DNA of 64,000 nt from Chloroflexota bacterium (GTDB lineage: Bacteria > Chloroflexota > UBA11872 > VXNJ01): positions 1,760,001 to 1,824,000 of the forward strand of contig OZ253449.1 in NCBI GenBank assembly GCA_965261345.1, written 5' to 3'. The notes beneath the pieces were generated by a model. It was not told where the DNA came from. It ran no database searches and saw only the letters and a program-made list of their open reading frames with translations. Below, piece by piece: positions 8,715-16,757 of the stretch. The number at the start of each line of letters is the position of its first letter. Position 1 is the stretch's first letter. A program made the translations under genes and the position numbers.

Positions 8715-10121
8715 TTAAGCGGGAACTGAGCTGGAATTGACTTTTTCGGCCAGCGCTTCGGCTGGTTCAACCATGATTTCGGCCAGGGTGGGATGCAGGT
8801 GCGGGATGCGGGCAAAGTCGCCGACGGTCGCCCGGTAGTGCATCGCCACCACGGCCTCGTGGATCAGGTCGGGACCTTCGGGGCCCAGCACATGAACACC
8901 GAGGAGCTCACCGGTTCGGCCGTCGGCCACCATTTTGACCAGGCCCTTGTTCTGCCCCATGGTAAGGGCCTTGCCCTGGTCCTCGAACGATTCGGTTGCC
9001 ACGATGACCGATTCATAGCGCGCCCGCGCGGCCTTTTCGGTTAGTCCGACGGTGCCGACCGCCGGGTCGGTAAAAACCGCCTGCGGAACCACCCGCAGAT
9101 CAAACTGCTGCGGCGGCTTGCCGGCCACGTTGTCGCCGATGATCTGGCCCTGTTGGACTGCGGTGTGGACAACCTGCAGCGGTCCGACTTCGCGGCCGAT
9201 GCAATCGCCGGCGGCGTAAACGTTGGGGTTCGAGGTCTGCATGAAGGTGTTTACCAGGATCCAGCCGCGTTCGGTTTCCACCCCGGCCCGTTCCAGCCCC
9301 AGGCCGGCGATTGCGGGGCGCCGTCCCAGCGCCACCAGGATCTCGCTGGCCGAAAATCGCGCCGGACCGGCGCCGGTTTCGAGCTCGACCTGCTTGGCGC
9401 CGTCGGGCGAACGCGAAAACCGCGTGATACGAGTGCCGGTAACTATCCGTATGCCCTCGCGTTTCAGGTAAACGGCCAGTTGCCGGCCGATCGCCTCGTC
9501 TAGGCCCGAAAGCACGTGGTCGGAGCGCTGGACCACGGTGACCGCGACCCCCAGCCGCGAAAACAACTGGGCAAATTCAAGCGCCACCGCCCCGCCGCCG
9601 ATCACCAGCAGCGAGTCTGGCAGGGCATCGAGGGTCTGGGCCTGGTCGGAATCGATATAGCCGACCGCGGCCAGGCCCGGCAGCAGCGGAGTAGCGATCT
9701 CGGAACCGGTCGTTACCGCGAAGTAGTCGGCGCTAAGGACCCGGCCGTCGACCTGGATCGAACGCCGGTCGAGAAACGAACCCCGGCCCTTGATCATCTC
9801 CACGTTGGCCAGGTTTTCGGCCGAGACCTGGCGGTAGCTGGCAAACTCTTGCACCAGCGCGTCCTTGCGGGCCCTGACCGCCGGCCAGTCAATCGCCGGG
9901 GCCGAGCTGTTGATTCCCAATGAGGCCGCTTCACGCACCAGCTGGGCGATTTCGGCCGATCGCAGCAGGGTCTTGGTCGGCATGCAGCCACGCAGGATGC
10001 AAAGTCCGCCGAATCGGTCGGCGGCCTCGACTAGGGCGACTCGCAAACCGTTGGCGGACGCCGTGCTGGCCGCGTGATATCCCGCCGATCCGCCGCCAAT
10101 TACGATGAAGTCGTAATGCAG
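8715..10121 (-). CDS. class I pyridine nucleotide-disulfide oxidoreductase (dihydrolipoyl dehydrogenase family)
   Basis: GGLCILRGCMPTK redox disulfide, IGGGAVALE, AAGD, HPTLAE. The FAD motif YDFIVIGGGSAG lies in frame upstream of TTG 10046, so the start is placed at CTG (10121; 10145 or 10154 also possible). Confidence 0.88.
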   Translation of the reverse strand: MHYDFIVIGGGSAGYHAASTASANGLRVALVEAADRFGGLCILRGCMPTKTLLRSAEIAQLVREAASLGINSSAPAIDWPAVRARKDALVQEFASYRQVSAENLANVEMIKGRGSFLDRRSIQVDGRVLSADYFAVTTGSEIATPLLPGLAAVGYIDSDQAQTLDALPDSLLVIGGGAVALEFAQLFSRLGVAVTVVQRSDHVLSGLDEAIGRQLAVYLKREGIRIVTGTRITRFSRSPDGAKQVELETGAGPARFSASEILVALGRRPAIAGLGLERAGVETERGWILVNTFMQTSNPNVYAAGDCIGREVGPLQVVHTAVQQGQIIGDNVAGKPPQQFDLRVVPQAVFTDPAVGTVGLTEKAARARYESVIVATESFEDQGKALTMGQNKGLVKMVADGRTGELLGVHVLGPEGPDLIHEAVVAMHYRATVGDFARIPHLHPTLAEIMVEPAEALAEKVNSSSVPA

Positions 10122-10389
10122 CTTGCCGGGCTCCTCGGTTCGCAGGCCAGCCAGTGGCCAGGATTTTGTTGCTGGATTATCCCCGGCGCGGGCCCCCCGG
10201 GACCGCCGACCCTAGACTTTTTTAGGGCGGCAATGGTGGGCGTCAATTCCGTTCAGGTCCAAAGCCCGGTCCCTGCAACTTCCAACGGCCCGCCCGGGCC
10301 GATCGCCAACGCGTGGCCTAATTGACCTCCAATCTCCCCGGGTCGCCCGGTTTTCCGATCGCCGTGCCGCGGCCCCGGCGTCGCCCGGT

Positions 10390-11637
10390 TTGATACCTTC
10401 GGCCAACCAATGGCGGGCGCCCTGGATGCGCAACGCGCTCTCGGTGGTGGTCGGCATGTTTGCCACCTTTTTCGGCTACTCGTTCTTTGTTCCATTCCTG
10501 GCACTCTACTTCCAGGAGCTTGGCCTGAGCGTTGCCGAGTCGGCCGCCTGGGCGGGTTACACCGGGTTCGGTCAGGGCTTGGGTTTTGCGATTTCAGCGC
10601 CCCTTTGGGGAATGCTGGCCGATCGCATCGGGCGCAAACCGATGGTGGTGCGGGCTATGATCGCCTCCTCCGGCGGGTTTCTGCTGATTCCGTTATTCCA
10701 CAATCCGGTGGCGGTGTTTGTAATCATCCTGGTGCGTGGTTTTCTGGCCGGACCGGGCACCGCCGCAATGGCGCTTATCTCGGCCTCTACCCCGCCCCGG
10801 CAGATGGCGATGGTGGTGGGTTGGATCGAGGCCGCGCAGGTACTGGGAATCAGCCTGGGGCTAGCCGCCGGGGCTATCCTGGCCGCCAGCATAGGGATTG
10901 CCAACACGTTCCTTTTCGCCGGTGCCTTCGGCGTGCTGGGCGCCACGGTCGTACTGTTTGGCGCACAAGAAAAATTCGAGCGGCCGGCCAAGTACAGCGC
11001 CGCGCCAACCCAGGGCCTGCCGGCCCGCTTTGTCGGAAGCCTAAAACAGGCTCGCTCCACCCTGAACCCCACGCTGGGCTTCGCCTTCCTGGCGATGGGC
11101 GGGGTCTGGATGTCGCAGCAGGGGGTCGGATACATATTCATCCTGCAGGTTCAAACCATGGCCGACCCGAGCGTGGTCGCTCTCTATTCCGGTTTTATGC
11201 AGAGCGCTTTTTCGGTGGCCATGTTCGTCGGTGTGCTGCTGGCCAACCGGGCTGGTCACCGCTGGGGATACCGCAAGGTCCTTTTCCTGGGCATTGTGGC
11301 TGCCTCGGTGCTTTTTATCCCGCAGGGTCTGACCGGACAGATCTGGGTCTTTGCCCTGGCCCGGGCGGTCCAGGGTTTTTGTACCGGGTTGGTATCTCCG
11401 CTTGCACGGGCGCTGGTGGCGCTGGCCTCCAAACCGGAGGATCGCGGCACCGTATTCGGGCTCTCGGGGGTGTTTTCCGGAATGGGTGGGGCGATCGGGC
11501 CGTTGTTGTTCGGTTCGCTGCTGGCGGTCAACCTGGGAGTCGGGCCGGCGATTGCCCTGGCGGCGGTCTGCTACCTGCCAGCCGTTGTGGCCATCAATTG
11601 GCGAGGCGAAATCGACGCCCTGGCCACCCGCGGTTAG
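10390..11637 (+). CDS. MFS transporter, DHA1/MdtG-like
   Basis: PFLALY, APLWGMLADRIGRKPMVVR (motif A), about 12 hydrophobic segments. Confidence 0.9.
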   Translation: MIPSANQWRAPWMRNALSVVVGMFATFFGYSFFVPFLALYFQELGLSVAESAAWAGYTGFGQGLGFAISAPLWGMLADRIGRKPMVVRAMIASSGGFLLIPLFHNPVAVFVIILVRGFLAGPGTAAMALISASTPPRQMAMVVGWIEAAQVLGISLGLAAGAILAASIGIANTFLFAGAFGVLGATVVLFGAQEKFERPAKYSAAPTQGLPARFVGSLKQARSTLNPTLGFAFLAMGGVWMSQQGVGYIFILQVQTMADPSVVALYSGFMQSAFSVAMFVGVLLANRAGHRWGYRKVLFLGIVAASVLFIPQGLTGQIWVFALARAVQGFCTGLVSPLARALVALASKPEDRGTVFGLSGVFSGMGGAIGPLLFGSLLAVNLGVGPAIALAAVCYLPAVVAINWRGEIDALATRG

Positions 11638-11653
11638 CACCCCCCCCAACCCC

Positions 11654-12646
11654 CTAAGGGGCTTCTTCAGGTTCCTCCGGCCGGGCGTACCAGAATCGGC
11701 CGAATCGCCAATCTCGGCGGCGGGCCATGCCCTCGTCATCAACGGCGTTGGGGGCCGCGATCTCACGGGTGGCATCGACCGCCTGGCGCAATTGCGAGGA
11801 GAGGTAGTCGAGCAGATGCAGAGCCATCGCCTCAGCGGTGGCCGGTTCGACCGATGCCCCCATCGCGCGCTCGCCATGATGGGAGAGTACCAGGTGGCGA
11901 AGCTGCATCGCCAGTTCCGGTGACGTGCCTACTTCAGCACAGGCGCTAGCTACCCACGAATCGCAGATCGCAATGTGGCCGACCAGCGAGCCGGGCGCCG
12001 AATAGGCAAATTCGGTTCCGCGCGGGGTGAGTTCGACCAGTTTGCCCAAGTCGTGGAGGATGCACCCGGCGTATACGAGGTCGCGGTCCAGTTCCCGGTA
12101 TTGCTGGCAAAGGGTTGTGGCCAACGCCAACATTTCCAGCACGTGTTCGATCAACCCGCCCAGATAAGCGTGGTGGCGGCGCGAAGCGGCCGGCCACTGT
12201 TCGATTCCGGCCGCAACTTCGTCCCTTGCCAGCACCACACCGCAGACGGCCGCGATTTCCGGCGACGACTCGGCGATCCGGTCGATATAGCCGTCCAACT
12301 CGCCGAACATTTCCCGCCGATCGCGCGACGAAGTGACCACAAACTGATCGGCCACCGCCGGATCTTGAACCAATGCGATCGCCTCCAGCTTCAAGTTCAT
12401 TTGATCGCGGAAGGTATCGACCGACGCCCTGATCCCTACCGCTTTTCCGACCGGCAGTTCGAACGCCGTTTCCGGCGGCCTAAAGAAACGGGCCACGATG
12501 CTCAACTGGTCGGTGCCTTTGAGCTCGCCCTGCCAGTAGGGGTTGCCATTGCGGTCCTGTCGCCGCTCCGACCCGACCAGCAGCATGATTCCCTCGACCC
12601 TTCCACCCGATTGCATCTGGCCAACCTTTAAGCCATTGGCGCTCAT
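11654..12646 (-). CDS. YhaM/Cbf-like 3'-5' exoribonuclease (OB fold plus HD domain)
   Basis: RNGNPY OB domain, PAA..HHAYLGGLIEH, LHDLGK, LVGHI, HLVLSHHG, EA..LH.LD. Confidence 0.88.
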   Translation of the reverse strand: MSANGLKVGQMQSGGRVEGIMLLVGSERRQDRNGNPYWQGELKGTDQLSIVARFFRPPETAFELPVGKAVGIRASVDTFRDQMNLKLEAIALVQDPAVADQFVVTSSRDRREMFGELDGYIDRIAESSPEIAAVCGVVLARDEVAAGIEQWPAASRRHHAYLGGLIEHVLEMLALATTLCQQYRELDRDLVYAGCILHDLGKLVELTPRGTEFAYSAPGSLVGHIAICDSWVASACAEVGTSPELAMQLRHLVLSHHGERAMGASVEPATAEAMALHLLDYLSSQLRQAVDATREIAAPNAVDDEGMARRRDWRFGRFWYARPEEPEEAP

Positions 12647-13035
12647 CGCCGCCGCCAGCGGTCAATCCAGCCGGCCAACCGACCCGGCTCGGGGCGGTCG
12701 TCGATCGTGCGTCCTCGCCACATCTTGCCTCTTCTGCGCGAGCCGCCGCTCCGGCCGCGCCCGAGGGTGGAAACATAGGCGACAAAGATCATGAGTAAAC
12801 CGGCGGTCGCGCTTATCGGTACGATGAGCCGCATGAACGGAAACAGGGCCAGAAAAAGCGAGATCACTATCAAAACCGCGCCGGTGGTGGCCAGCTGCCG
12901 CGGGGATGAAATCCGATCGAGCACGAATCGACCCAGGCGGTCCAGTATGCCAACCGGCGGAGGTGTCCGTTCCGCCGATCCGCTGTCCCGCAGGATCTCG
13001 CGTACTTCATCTTCCCAGTCGCGCTTTTTGCCCAT
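12643..13035 (-). CDS. small two-TM hypothetical membrane protein
   Basis: N-terminal EVREIL, two hydrophobic helices, KMWRGR tail; ATGA overlap with the yhaM-like gene. An alternative GTG start lies at 13041. Confidence 0.7.
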   Translation of the reverse strand: MGKKRDWEDEVREILRDSGSAERTPPPVGILDRLGRFVLDRISSPRQLATTGAVLIVISLFLALFPFMRLIVPISATAGLLMIFVAYVSTLGRGRSGGSRRRGKMWRGRTIDDRPEPGRLAGWIDRWRRR

Positions 13036-13126
13036 GTTCACCGAGCCTTATCGAGATTCCCGCCGAGGCGACCGACGGCCCCCCACTGTTTGGCGCGATT
13101 TTTGCACGCCACCGCGGCCGCCGATG

Positions 13127-14527
13127 CTATGCCACCGCGGCCGGAATGCGGCGGTGGTAATCGGTGGCCTGCTGGTAGGCGTGGGCGATACGTAGCACCA
13201 TCGCATCGGAGAACTTTGACCCCGAGATCATCACGCTGGTGGGCAGCCCCTGCTCGTCGAAACCCGAAGGGATTGCCAGCGATGGCTGATGGGTGGCATT
13301 GAAAACTCCGGTAATCGCATCCATGCGAAGGTATTCGGTGATCAGGTCGGGGTTGTCAGATCGGCCCGCGGTGGTGTAGTTGGTGGGGGTAATGATCGCG
13401 TCAAAATCATCGAAAAACCGCTCGGCTTCGATCGTCAGCTGACGCCGCCGGTCGACAAGCTCAAGGTACCGGCTGGCCGGTGCGGTCGACGATTCAAGCA
13501 GGCGGGCCCGAACGTCCGCGGCAAGCAACCCGAATCGCTCCTCATCGCGCATCAGCGTCCGGAGACTGTGCGGCGCCTCGATCGCCGTCAGCTGTCGGTT
13601 GGGCTCGACCGCCGGGGCCGCCCAGGGGACTGGCACCCGGGCGATGATCGCACCCATTGATTCCCAGATCGCAATCGCCCGTTCCACGTTCTGGACTATC
13701 GCATCGGGCAGATCGTCGAAGAAATGTTCGGTCGGGACCGCCAGGCGGCGGCCGGCCACACCCATCCCGATCCCGGCGGCAAAGTCGGGCGATCCGACGT
13801 CCACACTGTAGGGATCGCGCCGATCGTGCCCGGCGAGCGCCGAGAGCATGATTGCGCAATCATGCGCCGAGCGCGCCAGCGGCCCCACCACGCCCTGGGT
13901 CGGGGTCAGCGCCAAGGCGCCGAATTTTGGGACCAATCCAAAGGTCGGTTTGTGGCCGCAAATTCCGCAGTGCGCGGCCGGGGTGCGAATCGAACCGCCG
14001 GCGTCGCTGCCGGTGCCCCCAAAGGCCATCCCGCTGGCGACCGCGACCGCGGTTCCGCCCGAGGACCCTCCCGATACGCGGGCCGGATCCCAGGGATTGG
14101 CTGGAGTCCCGAAATGACGGTTGATATTGCTGGCGCCAAACCCTAGTTCGTGCATATTGGCAAAACCCAGGATTACCGCCCCGGCGGCCTTGATTTGCGC
14201 TACCGGGCTGGAGTCCTCCCTGGCCGGAGTCTTGTCCAGAACGATCGATCCGCCGCTGTAGGCGTAGCCGGCCATCGCTTGGTTGTCTTTGAAAACGACC
14301 GGAATGCCGTGCAGCGGACCGAGCTCGCAACCATCGGATAGCTGCCGATCGCGCTCGGACGCCTCGGCCAGGGCCGCTTCCGGGCGCAGGGTGATGAACG
14401 CGTTCTGATGGGCCGGCAGCGCCTGATAACGATCAAGGCAGGCAGTTGCCAGTTCGGTCGAGGAAATCTGGCGATTGCGGATCATCCGGCTTGCCCGGGC
14501 AATGCTCAGGAAGTAGATCTGGTTCAA
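13127..14527 (-). CDS. amidase signature family protein
   Basis: GPLHGIP..KD, NPWD..GGSSGG, GSDAGGSIRTPA..G.KPT.G (Lys-cisSer-Ser triad). Confidence 0.92.
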   Translation of the reverse strand: MNQIYFLSIARASRMIRNRQISSTELATACLDRYQALPAHQNAFITLRPEAALAEASERDRQLSDGCELGPLHGIPVVFKDNQAMAGYAYSGGSIVLDKTPAREDSSPVAQIKAAGAVILGFANMHELGFGASNINRHFGTPANPWDPARVSGGSSGGTAVAVASGMAFGGTGSDAGGSIRTPAAHCGICGHKPTFGLVPKFGALALTPTQGVVGPLARSAHDCAIMLSALAGHDRRDPYSVDVGSPDFAAGIGMGVAGRRLAVPTEHFFDDLPDAIVQNVERAIAIWESMGAIIARVPVPWAAPAVEPNRQLTAIEAPHSLRTLMRDEERFGLLAADVRARLLESSTAPASRYLELVDRRRQLTIEAERFFDDFDAIITPTNYTTAGRSDNPDLITEYLRMDAITGVFNATHQPSLAIPSGFDEQGLPTSVMISGSKFSDAMVLRIAHAYQQATDYHRRIPAAVA

Positions 14528-14535
14528 GTTATCTC

Positions 14536-15936
14536 CTAGTCAAGGTGCGGTCGGGCCAGGTGCCATTCGGTCACATTCTGGAAGGCGTTGGCCGCCGCGA
14601 GCACTACGTCGTCGCGCCAGCGGGCTGCCGAAATCATCAAACCGATCGGCAATCGCTGGTGATCGAATCCACAGGGGACCGATATCGATGGCTGTCCGGT
14701 CTGGTCGAATATGCCGGTAAACGCCACGTCGCGCAGGTAACGCCGGGTGTCCGCGCCGTCGATCGGCCCGGCGGTGCGATGGCAGGTCGGGGTCAGCAAC
14801 AGGTCGTATTCGGAGAGCAGCAATTCGGATTCGCGGACGATGCGGGCGCGGCGATCGAGCATATCCTGGTAGTCGACCGCCGAAATCTGGGCCGCCGATC
14901 GGAGCCGGGCGCGTGAATCGGGCGAAACCGAATCGACGCGCCCGGGATCGGCCAACAGCTGCCGATGCACCCAGGCGGCCTCGGCCGGGACCATGGCGCT
15001 GTTATTGGCAAAAGCCGCTCCCGCCCAGGGGGTGGATACAGTCTGGACGGTGGCTCCAAGCCGGGCGAATTCGCCGATCGCCCGGTCGAACGCCGACTGC
15101 ACGTCAGGCGCAAGATCGGCAAAGTGGGGATCGTCGGGGACCGCAATTCGCCACGCGCTATCGAACCGGTCCAGCGAGTCCACGGTCGCCGGTCGGGGTC
15201 CGGGCGGGCAGTACGGATCGTGCGGGTCGTAGCCGGCAATTGCATCGAGCATGATCGCGCAGTCGCGGGCCGACCGGGCCATCGGCCCGGCGTGATCCAG
15301 GTTCACCGAGAGCGGGAAGACGCCGCGCTTGGAGACGAATCCGTAGGTGGGTTTGTGACCCGAAATTCCGCAAAGCGAAGCCGGCAGGCGAATGGATCCG
15401 CCGGTATCAGAGCCAAGCGCCAGCGGTGCGGCGCCGATCGCAACCGCCACCGCCGATCCCGACGACGACCCGCCGGGCACTCGATCGCGTTTCCACGGGT
15501 TGGGCGGCGTGCCAAAGTGCGGATTAACGCCGGTGACCCCGAAGGCGAATTCGTGCAGTACAGTCTTGCCCAGGATGATCGCCCCGGCTTCAATGAGGCG
15601 AGCGACAGCGTAGCTATCCTCGGTCGCCGGCGGGTCGTCAGCGCGGGTTGGCGAGGCGGCGGTAGTCACCATCCCGGCAATGTCGTAAAGATCCTTGGCG
15701 GCCACCACGATACCGCCCAGCGGTTTTTGAAGGTCCGAATCGGTCATCGCCGCCGCCCGGGCGAGCGCCGACTCCGACATCACGTCGAGCCAGGCGTTGG
15801 CGAACGCCGGCTGACCGGCTATGTGGTCAAGGTGCAATTGGACTAGCTCGACCGGAGAAATCCGGCTCCGCCGCAGCAAATCGCGCTGCTCGACAACGCC
15901 GGCAAACAAAATTGGATCGAGCATATTCACCGCCAC
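14536..15936 (-). CDS. amidase signature family protein
   Basis: KDLYD, GKTVLHEFAFG, NPW..PGGSSSGS, GSDTGGSIRLPA. Confidence 0.92.
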   Translation of the reverse strand: MAVNMLDPILFAGVVEQRDLLRRSRISPVELVQLHLDHIAGQPAFANAWLDVMSESALARAAAMTDSDLQKPLGGIVVAAKDLYDIAGMVTTAASPTRADDPPATEDSYAVARLIEAGAIILGKTVLHEFAFGVTGVNPHFGTPPNPWKRDRVPGGSSSGSAVAVAIGAAPLALGSDTGGSIRLPASLCGISGHKPTYGFVSKRGVFPLSVNLDHAGPMARSARDCAIMLDAIAGYDPHDPYCPPGPRPATVDSLDRFDSAWRIAVPDDPHFADLAPDVQSAFDRAIGEFARLGATVQTVSTPWAGAAFANNSAMVPAEAAWVHRQLLADPGRVDSVSPDSRARLRSAAQISAVDYQDMLDRRARIVRESELLLSEYDLLLTPTCHRTAGPIDGADTRRYLRDVAFTGIFDQTGQPSISVPCGFDHQRLPIGLMISAARWRDDVVLAAANAFQNVTEWHLARPHLD

Positions 15937-15950
15937 GCAAGGGTATCGGC

Positions 15951-15956
15951 ATTCTA
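15951..15956 (-). promoter_or_regulatory. putative -10 box TAGAAT for the amidase operon
   Basis: CCTAGAAT on the minus strand 14 nt upstream of GTG 15936; the same motif recurs at three other divergent intergenic sites. Confidence 0.55.
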
Positions 15957-15972
15957 GGAGTCAGTTGGTCCG

Positions 15973-16755
15973 ATGGCTGAATTAAACGGCCCACGCGCTG
16001 CGGCGGACCAGATTCGCTTGCATGTATTGCTGGCTCGCGCCGGGGCGGGGTCGCGTCGCGCCATGGAGGCGGCCATCCTGGCCGGCAGGGTTCGGGTCAA
16101 CGGCGTCCGGGTGCTGACCGGACGGATGGTCAATCCGCGAATGGACCTTATCGAATTGGATGGTCAAGCCGTTGGCGGGCGACCCGCGCGGCCGGTCTAT
16201 CTGCTGCTCAACAAGCCGCGCGGCGTAATAACGACGGCCCGCGACGAACGCGGGCGCGAGACCGTGCTAGATCTTGTCGATTGCCCCGAACGGGTGTTTC
16301 CGGTTGGCCGCCTGGACCGGCAGTCGGAAGGCCTGGTGCTGCTAACCAACGACGGTCCGCTGGCCAACCGATTGACCCATCCCCGCTACCAGCACCTGCG
16401 CCGTTATCAGGTGACGGTGGCGGGGACCCTGCGGCCGGGGGACCTGTACCGCCTGCGCAGCGGGATCGTCATCGGCGATCGGCGGACCTTGCCGGCCGAG
16501 GTCCGGGTTCGTGCGCGGTCGACTTCCCACACCGACCTGGACATGGTCTTGCGCGAGGGTCGCAATCGCCAAATCCGGCGGATGCTCGAATCCTGCGGGA
16601 AGCGAATCCTGCACCTGCGCCGGGTGGGGCTGGCCGGGTTGACCCTGGAGGGACTGGGGTCTGGACACTTTCGTTATCTGACCCGGCATGAGCGGACCGG
16701 ATTGCTCCGGATTGTCGGGTTGGACTGGTTCCCAAACCGGCACCACCCGGCTTGA
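15973..16755 (+). CDS. rRNA pseudouridine synthase, RluB/RsuA family
   Basis: S4 domain SRR...GRV.VNG, NKPRG, PVGRLDRQSEGL.LLTNDG, EGRNRQIRRM. Confidence 0.92.
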   Translation: MAELNGPRAAADQIRLHVLLARAGAGSRRAMEAAILAGRVRVNGVRVLTGRMVNPRMDLIELDGQAVGGRPARPVYLLLNKPRGVITTARDERGRETVLDLVDCPERVFPVGRLDRQSEGLVLLTNDGPLANRLTHPRYQHLRRYQVTVAGTLRPGDLYRLRSGIVIGDRRTLPAEVRVRARSTSHTDLDMVLREGRNRQIRRMLESCGKRILHLRRVGLAGLTLEGLGSGHFRYLTRHERTGLLRIVGLDWFPNRHHPA

Positions 16756-16757
16756 CG

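Noticed and set aside
8715-10121. Mercuric reductase MerA
   Set aside because: It lacks the C-terminal Cys-Cys pair and mer neighbours, and ends with HPTLAE like lipoamide dehydrogenases.
10410-11657. 415-aa alternative-frame ORF over the MFS gene, and similar long overlapping or antisense ORFs (e.g. 16824-17831, 27263-28366, 47210-48175)
   Set aside because: Low-complexity Arg/Gly/Pro-rich shadow frames expected in high-GC coding DNA; no family motifs.
13127-15936. GatA of the GatCAB amidotransferase
   Set aside because: No gatB or gatC nearby, and the GatA-specific SNL.R.DG.RYG and EV.RRI..G motifs are absent.
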